From assembly GCF_030684315.1 (NCBI RefSeq), contig NC_081369.1, forward strand, positions 9,958,035-10,022,034: a DNA stretch of 64,000 nucleotides. The letters are read 5' to 3'. This document shows, piece after piece, positions 26,801 through 39,700 of this stretch (positions are counted from its first letter, which is position 1; every line of letters begins with the position of its first letter). Made by a program: the position numbers and the translations under genes. Under the pieces are notes generated by a model that was not told the DNA's origin, searched no databases, and saw only the letters and a program-made list of their open reading frames with translations. This DNA is from Stegostoma tigrinum. Its lineage: Eukaryota.

Positions 26801-29800
26801 TCTTGTATTTCAATTGTGTTGCCTCCAATGTATAGTAGATAGAAGCCGAAACAAACCAAAAAAAAAATCTGTAGACACTGGAAATCAGGAACAAAGTTTA
26901 AAGTATGTTGGAAAAACTCAGCAAATGAGGCAACTTCTGTGGACAGAGAGCAGAGGTAATATTTCAGGTTCAGTAACACTTATTCAAAACTTCACCAGGC
27001 GTCTTCATTATTGTCATCAAGTGTTGTTTTATATATCTATTATTAATAATAACTACCTCCTGATTTATTTTGTTTCTTTTTTTCATCCCAACGCTGAATA
27101 TGCCGTTTCTGAATGTAAATCAATTAAAATATAAGACGAATTTGGCATGGTTCTTGACGCATTGTTTGCCTCTGTCTGCCAAAACAATCTCTTGTAAAAT
27201 GGGTCAAGTTTCCTTGGAAAGATCAGCTGATGTGTAAAATTATTGTATCAAAACGAAGTATCGAACAGGCTGCCAAATCTGAATTTACATTGAGGTAACA
27301 CTATGTAGTATGACAAAGGCCTGACCAATATGATGCCTTCGCCTTTATTTTGCTCGTTGCACCTGGACATTGACAATACAGTCAAAGGTGTGTACAAATT
27401 AGAACTAAAAATAGGCTTTTATGCTATCTTTAAACATCCAGTACGAACCGGTGAAATTACTATGAAGGCTTTATTTCACAGCATGCAGCTCCATATGGAT
27501 TATCTTCTTCGGTAATTAACACAACTTATTATTTGATTTTATGTTTGCCTTGCATACTCCCTCTCTCACTCTCTCTCTCTCTCCCTAAATGTCTCTTTAT
27601 TTAGGAAACATAACACAGTTTTTATAATAGCAGTCAATGTTCTGGTTGAAGTTACGCAGACCCTTGAACATTACATTAAATCAATGGTGTAAACATTGCA
27701 ATCAACTGCACAATTTATATATTTTCAAGTGGAGAGGGATGTGGAAAATGGTTAGTGGGAACTTGGGAAAAATGGAATTCTGCAGCCAAGTCAGACAACG
27801 GGATAAGATTTTTCATTGAAAAGTGAACAATCTCTATCCAACCTTGAATGTCAATAACCAGGAGTCTAGGGTCTGTCATTAAGGAGTGACACGACTGGGA
27901 AGAAAGAACAGGGTTGCAGATTGAACTGAATCAACGCTTGTCTTCCGTGGTAGGAGAATTGTAAAGAGCATAGTCAGTTCAGCCTCACACGAATTCCACT
28001 GAACACAAGCAGAGCATTTAGCCCCTCTGACCATGACTTGCACCCATGCACCAAGAAGCAGAACTCACTTTACTCGCCCAAGTCCTTGAGCTGTGAATTT
28101 GTCTCTCAACTCTAATTTGCAGTGTGCCAATATGTACGTGGCTCAGGTGATCTGCTGAGGTTGTGACATTGTTGTAGATTCTGCCTGTCAATTCTGATCC
28201 CAAATTGCTCATTCACTATTGTTTTGGACAAGACTAGACCCCACCCCACCCCCACCAACCAGTGAGTTATATTCTGAACATTTCTGGGACTCTAAGTTTT
28301 ATATATATTTTCTAAAAGTACATATAAGGAGCTGCGTGGCGCATATGATTCAATCGGCCTACCACTAAGATTTAATCAAAACATATTTCACTCTTGCAAC
28401 ACAGTTAAACTATGACACAAAAAGAAGAGTTGGCATAACTTTAATCTGTTCAATTATTTTTACAAGATAATGTATTATTTAAATACAAATCATCAAATGG
28501 ATCCAATATAGATACCACCCATAAATACTCACTTAGTATTGGGTGAACAATTGAAGATATAGGTAGGGAAGAAGACATCCCTAGGCCACCTCAGGAGCTT
28601 AGTGCTTGCTCTTCAAGTACTGTGCCCATGATGATGATAAAGGGGGATGATACATTGGAGGGGCACTACAAACACCTAGATATGGGGACAACCGAAGTAA
28701 CTGCTTGTAGGAGATCCACAGTTTAGGCAAATACCATGCGAGGGTATTACCCCAAAAAAATTACAAACGCAACTTGTGTGATTGTTACAAGTAAAAATGA
28801 AGAAGGAAATCGACTTGTCAAAGAGTCACCACTAACAGGATCACTCGGCATCCCCAGAGGATATGAGAAAACAAAATAATAGGCTTATTTTCTTATGAAA
28901 ATTCAGCACTGTTTAGTTTGCCAGTTAATAACGATTTCTGGGGGGTTGTATGCCGTAGTTGGGCCAATTTATTATTTTGCTACAGTGGTCAGTTATTATT
29001 AACAATTAAAGCAGTGTCCCCTACTGAGACATAATATTATAATAAGCAATATGACTGGAGATATCATCGTTAAGGAGCAAACCTTGCCAATGCCAGAGGT
29101 TAAAAAAAACTCCATGCTTAAGGAAAATCTCAAAGTCTATGATATAGACGCAGAGATCAAGGTGTATTACAGTATGTTGCCACTAAACTGTCACCTATTG
29201 TTCACCTGTCAGTAGATAGGGTTTGCATCATCAAGGAAGCTAAAATAAAGTCAACCACAAGTGTTTCGAACACTTAAAGAAAATCAAGGTCCACGTGGAT
29301 CATGCAGAAGAGAATCTGAGAGATCTTAGTTGGTGGGATTTAGTGTTGGAGGGCTTGAATTCACAAATCCATCACTGTTTGTGTATTATATCTCATGTCG
29401 TGCCAGTGGTCCAACTTGTTGTAGTATTTGTATGGACCTTACTGGCATGCATTGTTGAAAGGCAGGTCAAGAAGTGGAAGAGCAGATGACAGAGCTTGGA
29501 AAAAATAGTAAAAGTATCAGACTCGGTGCTTAAGATGAAGGCCAGCTTGGTGCATAGGCCAAAGACCTTGAGGTGGGCTGTGGGGTGATGGGCGAAGTTG
29601 TTGAAGCAGACCATGGTCACAGGTAGAAAAAATATGGTTGCCCATTGGCAAAATTGTGGTGAGGGGTTTTAACTGCATTAAACGAACTGGGTTGGCCGAT
29701 CCAGCATTAAAGTATGATTTTAATTTAAGATAATGACAGTTTTGAGAACGAGATAAATCAAAGAAAAGAATTCTACAAATTCATATACAAGGAGTTATAT

Positions 29801-30849
29801 AAAAATACGTTTAGGATACAGTCTGATGAGCAGTGGCTGAGAATAGACAACCTAAAACTTTTGGTTGGTAAATATTAACAGTAAGATTATGACCCCACAA
29901 TAACAGAGACAAATGATAAATTCAAAGCAGATTGAGGTTATGTTTTGTAAAACCCATGGGCGTCATATATGTTCATTGGTCGGTGAAAATGATTGAGTTT
30001 CATTCTTATTAATGGAATAGATGTTGTCATATTGGGTGGAAGAGTGCAAAAAGAAAGTTAGACCAATAAATTTCATCTTAAAATAACGCATGTGATGGAA
30101 TAAGTTATAGCGCAATTGCAAAATACAATGGCAGTATTTACCTGCACTTCTAATGTCAGGTGCGACAGAAGCTGCTCAGTACCTGGCGGTTAAATAATTC
30201 TAGTATCAGTTTTAACCATGTAACGTTATTTATAATCAAGTGTAAATTAACATCTGATATGATGAACTTTATATCCATTAGTAGGAACAGCATTGTTTGT
30301 ATATTTTTAAGTGATTAGGACCGTAGGAAATATAAAGTGAGCAACAGAATTTGATTTAAAAAAGCAATGAATATATTAAAAAACAGAATTCAAACAAACA
30401 TTAGAGTTACACAAGTCCAGGAAATATCTGAAAATGAGTATAATAATTAATTTTGGGTTGTAATTTATTGGGATACATTATAATTTTGAAAGCCTAATGG
30501 TAAAACTACCTGTTAAACATCAGGCAGTCGTGGGGAACCTAGAGCTGTCCATCAGAACATCCAGGATTGATCAGCAATTTCACAGGATTGGATATATAGA
30601 TTCGGGGAAGGGATTGCGGCAGGAACAGTGAAATCAATGTTGCATGTAAGTATTGCTATGAGGAATGTATAAAAATGCCCTATTCATTTGGGAAGAGTGG
30701 AGTGTCATTGACCACTGCAATGTGAGCGTGTTTAAGACGGCAAGTGGTCTCCATGTGAAAGCCAGATTCAATGCAGCTTCAGGCTTCTCCCAAACGTGTG
30801 GTAAACGAGCTCTGACTAAAGGCCTATTTTGTTGCTAAGCATAGAACTC

Positions 30850-33800
30850 AAGACTTCTTTTTGACATCTTTTCCCAACAGTCCAATCGACATGAAGATAT
30901 GTCAGTTTCAGAATCATTTTTAGATTTAGTTCTTCATTCTGAGTTGCAACAAGTAACACATTGTCCTTTTATCTTCATTGCCTATCGAAAAAAAGACGTT
31001 TCAGCATAGTCACATAATACAGTTTATGAGTTTTCCTTCTACATGACTTTCTTATCAAATAATTCACCTCACTCAGGTTCTTGTTGGTTTCATAACGGCC
31101 ATTAAATGTTACCAATAAAACTTGAGATATCACTTGTAGTAATACTAACATTTATCTCCACCATTTATCGACTTTTGATTTCTTGTCTGTTTCCTGTTTC
31201 ATCACATGCAGTGCTATTTTTAAATGTTGTCTAGTCAACTCATCCCTTTATTTAATCTCTCACTAAAATTTGACACGTAACCCACTGCTATTGTTTCTGA
31301 ACCCCAACTCACCATTTTTCTTAATTAATTTAAATGGTTTTCTCATCTCGCGTTCAAAAACAATAACAAATAGACACAACATAGTTGATTCATTCGATGC
31401 TTCACTACTTGAAAATGGTGAAAATGGAATTCCTTTATTCCAATCTTCTGAATATTCTTGACTATAGGCCCTCAACATGGTCTTTAAACTTTTATGCCAT
31501 TGTTCTAAATCTCCCTGAAATTCTGGTTGGTACGCAGTATAGTTAAATTGTTGTGCTCTTAAACTATTCATAATTTCCTTGAATAACTTTGACGTAAGAT
31601 TTTACCCTTGATTATGTGGTTTTCTGTGGGTAGTCCGTATCTTGTAAAAAAAAGAATAATTCATCAATAACTTTCAGTGTGATATTGCGTAATGAAGGAA
31701 CCTCTTGAAATCTTGCAGACACAAATACTGATTCAAACTTTTTTTTTGTTTTAGTGAGGGGTCCTAAACAATTGATTAAAATTCTTGCAAGAGATTCCTC
31801 AATCGTTGGAATACATATTCAGAGCACTAGTTTTAACACTGGTAGAGGTTTTCCTACAATCTGACATGTGTGCATCATCTGAAATAAATCAACCACATCT
31901 GGTTGCAGTCCAAGGCAATTAAAATGTCTTATTTTGTATCTTAGTTTGGGATTTTCTTACTTCAAAATGGCATCCTCTGGTATCTCATGTATTATCAACA
32001 ACATCTTCTTTCAAGAAGCCGTCAATAATACAATCTGATGAACTTCTTCCCAATTTTCATCCGCCTGAGTATGTAATGGCCTCCATTTCCTCATCAAGAT
32101 CTCATATTTTAAGATGGTTACATTCTGGAATGCACTTAGATTAATCTTCTGTGTATACTTTACGATCTCCTGTATCATCCTGTGACTTTGCGAGTTGTTA
32201 CCACATAGGCAGAACTAAAGTTGCAGCATATACTTCAATAATGATTAGTTTGTATGAATTTCAATTTTCCTTTCCATCGCAAAAGGCATTACTCCTATCT
32301 GTGATCCAGCTTTGTCACGACTGACGATAACCTGTATTTCCAAAGCAAAAAATTACTCTGTTCCTTCAACTGCCACTTAATTACTTTTCACCAGACTGTC
32401 AAACCTCACCTTATATTATGTGGAATACATTTCTGACTGTATATTCCACATATTACTACCTTTTCTAGCAAAACACCTTCTCAATAACATATTTCCTCAC
32501 CTCTCACCATCAAAGTTTGACTTACTCCAATATCCCTCAATTTTGCTTTTGTTATTCTTGTTTGACTTGCTTCCCTTGGCTCACATGAGATAACCATAGT
32601 TGAAGAAAGAAAGTCTTTAAGGACATCTGGCACCTTCTTCCAGCCATTCCTTGACCAGACTGTACATTCTTTTCCAGATGTATATTTTCAACTGTGCTGT
32701 CCTTTGATAAACCCTTATTCCATTCGACAATATCCATCTGCACAATACGCTTTTTTTTCAAACAACCAACGCTGCAACTTCACGTGACCTACTTCACAAC
32801 AGTGAAAACTCCTGAGTTATTTTTACTGTTCCTCCCCCATCACGGGTTACTTTTCTCTAAACCGGTCATAAACCATCTTACCAATCTCCAATGAGATCTC
32901 CTTTTTCTTTACGGCCCGAGAATTTCTCTTTGGCCAACTTTCTAGTCCTCACAGATTAAATTGATGTCAGAAGTGAAACTTTGATTTGTGAATTCACTCA
33001 TGATCATTTTTGTTGTTGGTGCAAATCTTGCAGTTGTAATTCTCTGCTCTTCCGACTGAATTCTCACTACCTCGGACTGTGAATTTTGAACACTTTGAAA
33101 AGAACAGTCTCTCTTAGAGTGCAATTTGTCTGATCCATTTTCAATGCCCCCGTCGACCTATGAAACTAAACTTAGATTGAAACTTTTTAAAAATTCTATG
33201 TGGGTCTGACCAAGTTCTTTGTTTAGAGTCAAAAAATGCTGTCTGTATACATCTGGCACGAAATGATACGTACTTAGAATACTTTTATTCACCTCACTGT
33301 ACTTCCTCTATACTATCCTGAAACGTGAACTCCAACTTTTCATCACAGATGAAGCCAGACCTGTTGAGCTTTTTCAGAAGCTTCTGTTATTCTTCCCCAG
33401 ATTCTGCCTCTGATAGTGATGCAAACATGTCATTAACTCTACTTACCAACTTTGTTCCAATCAACAATTCCCACATGGCCATTGGCGTTTCATTTGCTTA
33501 GCAACATTCTCATTTGAAGTGAAAAGAAAAGGCTTCTATGCCTATCGTGTCGAACTTTGATAATGTTTGAATATATTTAAACTGATCCACACCAGGCCAT
33601 TGGCTATGATGGGTTTTCTCTTCATCACTGTATTATTCACTCTTCCCACCTTTTACTTTCACCTCCACCCTATTAAGTCTTTTTTCTTCAGTGCCCACGT
33701 CTGAAGTTCAATATCTTTATTTTTGTGGTCTCTTCTGCTAGGGATATTCTTCTTATCTTGTTTTCCCTTACCATTGCCTCCAATTTTATCTGCTTCATTT

Positions 33801-34760
33801 CAACTGAATTTTATTATTTCCAATGATTCTAATTCCATTTTTGGCAATAGTAGTTGCTTACCTTCCCTTCCCTCATGCAGACAGACTTCAGTTCAATTAG
33901 AAATGTTCTGCCTTGCCCACCTTCTCTAAACATTCCACGTTGCTGTCTATACACCATGAAACACTCATCCTCTGAACGAACCATTATTGCAGAAGATAAT
34001 CCCAATGTAAACCAAAATGCAATATGCAAATATAAAAACACCAACACTTACCACATATGTGTGTTTTTTTTCGTTCAAATAATGTGAAACCCAACCTGGA
34101 ATTAAAGATAGCGATTCCGAACTGGAGCCCTCCTTTTTGTTATGGGCCTCACCAGATATTTCCACCCTAAAGTATTGCAAAGAGATAGCCCAGATCCTAT
34201 CTTGTACATTTAGTTAAAGGCAAACATAAGATACAGTGTTCACGGCGTGATTAGAGTAGTCGTCCCCAATGCTTCAATAAAAACACGCTTTATTCTTACA
34301 ACGCAATTAAAGTACAACAAAGACATAGCTTTAACTTAACAGAAATACACAACACGCTGTTGTATTATTTAACCACTTATCATCGTCTGTTCCAATACAG
34401 GCAACATCCTCTGAACACACCCTTTGACAAAAATGAAATCCAGCAAAACAATTATGAATCTAATATTCAGTCTCTCTCCAGTGCAGAAGAAAGAGACAAT
34501 CTGCTCTTTTCTTTTATTTTTACCAGCGGACCTCGCTGTCTCAGATGTCACTCTAACAAGCGGAATCACATGCTTTTAGGTCAGTAGCCAGCAGAAACCT
34601 TGAACTAACTGAAAGATACACTAAAAATCCTTGCTAGGCCTTTCTGAGCCCTGATCCGACCACTGATGTTTTTAATATAAAATACCCTTCAAGGGAGAAC
34701 GCAAGAATTGTTTTCCAAATGCCTATCTGATGGAATCATTTCAGTACCACTTTGACCGCA
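30850..34760 (-). mobile_element. Decayed Gypsy (Gmr1-like) LTR retrotransposon: LTR-like region, gag (SCAN-like and CCHC remnant), integrase; RT absent
   Basis: YHFVPDVYRQHF at about 33250, FHCCEVGHVK at about 32790, an HHCC zinc-finger remnant at about 31860-31990, and QGDLEQWHKSLKTMLRAY..DWNKGIPF (integrase, 31263-31571). Confidence 0.75.
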
Positions 34761-35799
34761 CCCATCTCCAAATCAACAGAGCAGAACTCCTATTAAAGAC
34801 CCAGTCTCATCGGATGTGCCTTACTTAATAAATCAAAGAGCTTTTATGCATGAACCAGGCACCTTGTGCCTTTGCAAACTATTTGAAACGCTTGGAGCAG
34901 AAGAATGGGATGCAATTTTGTGTGCAGCACAAGCACCAGCCAAATAGATTGTGTTTATCAAAGATTACTGAAGGCTTTTTGCGTTATCCCTCATTGCATT
35001 ACATTTATAATTAGTTCATCTATGTGTGTTTTTATGTGTGCGAGGGAAATTTTATGAAGGCATTTCACTCTGGCTGCTTAGTGCTTCGGAATCTTCATCC
35101 TCACTTGCAAATAAATATCAGTTAGAGATCTATATATATGGTGGTGCACTTCTGAGACTTTTGCACTCCCCTGTCTGGTCATTCTTAGCGGTAGCCTCAT
35201 ACTTATTTATTCTCAGCTTGCATAGTCCAAGTTGCAGTTGGCTTCTACAAAATGCCTGTTCTGCACATACATCTCAGGAAAACACATGAACCACAGTGAC
35301 GGCAGCTGCTATTCAAGTGCAGAAACTGCAATGCCTGAGCTTCTCTAAACAGTGTTCTAGTGCTGTGAAACATTTAAGGAATAAATTGCCCATGGGGAAA
35401 TTAATCACGTTGACTGCCCTGAAACGTGTACCGATGAATGTTAAAAAGGTAGCACATGTAGATTGTATGAATCATGATTGGATCAATACATTAAGAATTC
35501 AGACATATACATTCTCTTCTAAAGGGTAGTAATAGTGGGTAAGTTGCAATAACGCATGTGAAATGAACTATTTGTTGATGTCAATATTGAGTCATGCTAT
35601 AATTATACTGAAACATGCGATATTATTTCTACTGTTGCTATATACCACAAAGTCGGCTTGCAGCATTTGACAGAATTATTAGCAGTTACATTTAGGACTA
35701 AGTGCTGCATACCGACTTCTGTTTCTGACTTAAAATTTAAAAAAAAAACTATTCACAAAGTACTGATCTTGTAATACCGGGAAGCATAGTAACAGTCGA

Positions 35800-35976
35800 T
35801 AATAAGGTGTAGAGTTGGATGACCACAGCAGGTCAAGCAGCATCTTAGGAGCAGGAAAACTGACGGTTTTGGCCTAGACCCTTCATCAGAAAATGATGCT
35901 GCTTGGCCTGCCGTGTTCATCCAGTTCTAAACCTTGTTATCCCGGATTGTCCAGCATCTGCAGTTCCTACTATCTC
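35800..35976. mobile_element. Inverted-pair short PLE-terminal element (degenerate hammerhead 35862-35889)
   Basis: Same family as 12.8 kb, with an internal inversion. Flanks are taacagtcgat/taacattccat. Confidence 0.75.
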
Positions 35977-36372
35977 TAACATTCCATGTTATCTATTTAT
36001 ATGATTTCCTGGTGTCACAATGGCAGATATTTTTCTGATAAAGAACAACTAACTGCTCATTTCTGTGAGTCAGTACACGAATTCATAGAATTGAGGTGCG
36101 TGTGCCTTATCAATTGTGCACATAGATTGAATGTCGGATGGAAGTAAGCAAGACATAAGTCAATACATGGGTTTCATAATATCAATTGCCAAAGAAATTA
36201 TAAAATGTTGGTTTGTAAGTGAACACCTCTGTTTCGTTTCCTTGGTGTCCTGTGTACCAATCACTTGATAGAGTAGGTAAACATAAATATTACTGCAGTC
36301 AAAAAGTAGAGACGTCTGAATGAATAAATAAATAAGACAGACTTATCTCTAAAATATGTCAAATAAGCAAAT

Positions 36373-36378
36373 TTTATT
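36373..36378 (-). promoter_or_regulatory. Candidate polyadenylation signal AATAAA of the VJ-C1 gene
   Basis: tttatt on the plus strand, about 320 nt downstream of the stop codon. Confidence 0.4.
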
Positions 36379-36699
36379 TTCTGAAAGAAAGCGAACAGAA
36401 AACACGAGTTAACTAATTGAGTATTCCATGATATATACAGGCTATATGCTGGAATCTATCACTGGAATTATTTATCATTTTGGCAGGACATTTTTTCAAG
36501 GCAGAAAAATACTTGAGTAATATGGTAAAGGAATGCAGATTGCTAACTGAACGATTCTTCTTTGTGAAATATATTGGTAAATTCTCGATTTGTTGCATGC
36601 GGGCATACTCTGTTCATTTCAATTTTGTTGTCAGCTGCCCCATAGTCCGTGCCTTTTCTATGAGCATGCAAATTTAAGCGTTGTATAGGTCGTCTTGTC

Positions 36700-36720
36700 T
36701 CAACCTGTTGCTTGCTGAAC
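36700..36720 (-). CDS. Exon 7 coding part: VQQATG-stop (completes AMYGQV)
   Basis: aatcttgcag|GTT CAG CAA GCA ACA GGT TGA. It supplies the Y+3 Val of the second tyrosine motif. Confidence 0.65.
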   Translation of the reverse strand, partial: VQQATG

Positions 36721-39700
36721 CTGCAAGATTAATATTTTGAATTGATGTTAATGAGCCGTTGTCCAAGTCTTGGTAACTATGTTCAGTCACTTAAATTAAG
36801 ATCATGGTGCAAGGGTAAAGTGGGCATAGTCCCTGAAGACTGCTCTCTCATGAGAGGGAGGGGCAACTGATGGTGGCTTAATTTGAGGGTTACCACTTCT
36901 CAGGAGGGTTCAAGATGGTGAGAATTTCATACTCATACTCACTTCAGCCAGTACAATGTTGGTATCCTCAGCATTGCAAACAGGCTGTCCAGCTAACTGA
37001 GCTAAGGAACCCCTGACTTCGGTATAACACACAACCGAACCAATGAGCTTATCACTTTTGCATGATTGTTAATCACAATTGTGATTTTTTTTCTGATCTA
37101 TTTGTCAAGCTTACCTGACCATACATGGCTCTCTCATCGTCCTGATTACTAGTTGGACTTTTTCTGGGTTTTTTCACTTCCACTGCAGTATAATGCACAG
37201 CCTCATCCAATTCTCTCTGAATGGACCAGAAAGGAATAAAATGCTTGGTTATATGGTAACTGTTGGCATCAGCAGTTTGCACACTGCTGAACAAACAGGG
37301 GACAGATTAGGTTCAACTGGAAATGAAGTACAAAAGCTGGAATTCATTCGACTAACATAAACTAAATTCTTAACACAAAGTGGACACTAGAACTAAAATT
37401 TAAACTTGCTCCCTTCTATGTAACAGCACTATTATTTAAAATATCTGTTTCAATGAAAACTCTTGGCACATGGAAAGATACAATTGATCTTTAAAGATTC
37501 CCATCTATGTTCTATTCGCAAAGATAAAGGCAATTTACCTATTAGTTATACAGCATTGTTTGCTTCTAATTCAATGCTTCTAATTCATAAGTGAACATCT
37601 AACCATCGCTTTTAATGGCATATTTTGGTTGGATAAATGTTTTCAATAATTAGAGTTAACGGGATTTTGACATGATTATGAAATAAAATTTCGTGACATT
37701 AAACTTTAGTTACATTTTGAATAGGTCAGAATGAGTGAGTTAACATACCGACTCTTCCCGGTGGGTTGGTCCAGTTAAATAATCTTTATCTATAAATGAA
37801 TAAGATTTAGTGTTGGTTAAGGGATTCCTTATTAAGTCAGTTTACATACCAGTGAATGCAGAGCTAATTGTCAGTCAGAAAAAAAACAAAATAAAAACAA
37901 AGTCTCAAGTTTCACATTGTGCTGGTAGCATTTGAGTTGCCAGCCCTTGGCGAGAAAACACTGTGTGGTGAGGGTATTTTGTTTCTCGCTTAGGTGCTAA
38001 GTGCTTCAAACAGTATGGGGAATTTCCATTGTGGAGATGATTCTGCCCTACTGTGCCCAGAAAGCAGGCTTAAAAGTCTATTCGACCATCTATTCAGTTG
38101 TATTAAGATCTATACAAGTTGGTTAAAGGGGCTTTTTACTCCTCAATTTATACTTATTTTCTCTTCTACACAAAATGTGTGATCATATGTTTGCCAGGGT
38201 ACATTTCATTCATCATGCTGAAAATGGACATTAATAAAAATTGCTTTTTTTTACAGGATGCTGTGCACTCTTGCAATATAGATTGCATTTTAAAACAATT
38301 GAGACCTAATGGATGCAAAAGTAATGTGATTTCCATTATTAAGTAATATTCGAGAGGCTCTCCTAAATCTTGTTCTTAAATCTTTGAATAAAGTCAACGT
38401 TTTGCAAGACTTACAACGATTATTCTGCAGTCGACCTCTCCTCCTAATGACGATTATTGGCACCAGAAAAGTCATTCCAATCACCACACATCCAAGCAAC
38501 CAGAAATAAAGTGAGTTAACGACGTTGTCTACAGAAGTAAGGTGAACATTAATCATAGCCGACTTTAGCAAAACCTAGTATCCAAGATTTATTGTTTTAA
38601 CTAAGGTGCTAACTGTAATAAATCCAATTTGGCCCAGACTAAACGCCCTCAAAAATTTGGCAAGATATTCAAGACCATAACTTAGTCTCATTAAACGGTA
38701 AATTTCAGGCATTTTGTTCCACATGCAACTCGATTAGTCAAACTATTGGATTTCAAGCAAAATGTACTTTATTCATTGGCTATAGTTAAAATAAAACAAA
38801 AGATGGGTGGAATTTAAATAACTTACCCCCACTGGGAAACCTAAGAGAACAATAGATGCACAAACTATTATTCTTTTACTGTTCCAGCATAGCAACATTC
38901 CATCAACACACTCAAAGCAAAAGACAAATTCAGAAAGTTGATTAAAGTCCCACAGTCAGAAGGTAACCCATAACTTTTGGCTGCAGCCAAGAGGAAATAA
39001 AAAACATAGCTTCCACTTTTTCAAGACCTCAACAGCAACTGCTGAATGATAAGACTAAAACTGTTTGTTCTGCGTGAGCTTGACCACGCCCATTCAGGCT
39101 CCTTTTATTTTTCCAACTTGCACAGGCCTGAGAAACTGTTCAAAATCTCTCTGAATAAAAGGCAGCATAAATACTTTAAAGCTACAGCATCATCACAACT
39201 CAACGTTATGAAAGCCATAGCAAAGGGTGTCTATAAATAATAAAATGTGAGGCTGGATGAACACAGCAGGCCAAGCAGCATCTCAGGAGCACAAAAGCTG
39301 ATGTTTCGGGCCTAGACCCTTCATCAGAGAGGTCTGCAGTTCCCATTATCTCCGGTGTCTATAAATATTTTTGATATGATATTTGAACAACCTCTACTTT
39401 TATTGAACATTTTAGATTAATCTGTGCAGTGGAAACTAGCATTTTCAAATGCTATTATAGAACCCTGAAATGAAAAACCATCCGACAACATAAGGCATGT
39501 CCATGTTCTGTATTTGTTTGTCTGTTGGCATATTTGGTGCCATTTTCGCAATAATTTGTGCACTGCTTCCATAGCATTCTATATTTCAGGAGACATATTG
39601 CTGGAGAATCTCTGCAAATCTATGAATCTGTGAATAGAAAACACCACCAACGATTTGACACCAGTGGTCCTTGTTCTGAATTATGTTATTTTTTTCTCCT

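Noticed and set aside
35026-35529. Short ORFs near the 3' end of the receptor gene as possible extra exons
   Set aside because: No convincing domain motifs or phase-consistent splice sites.
37217-37294. Upstream extension of the ITIM exon using acceptor ttcag at 37287
   Set aside because: Joining it to the phase-1 TM exon hits a TAA. The 41-nt exon plus the acceptor at 37217 gives a consistent frame.
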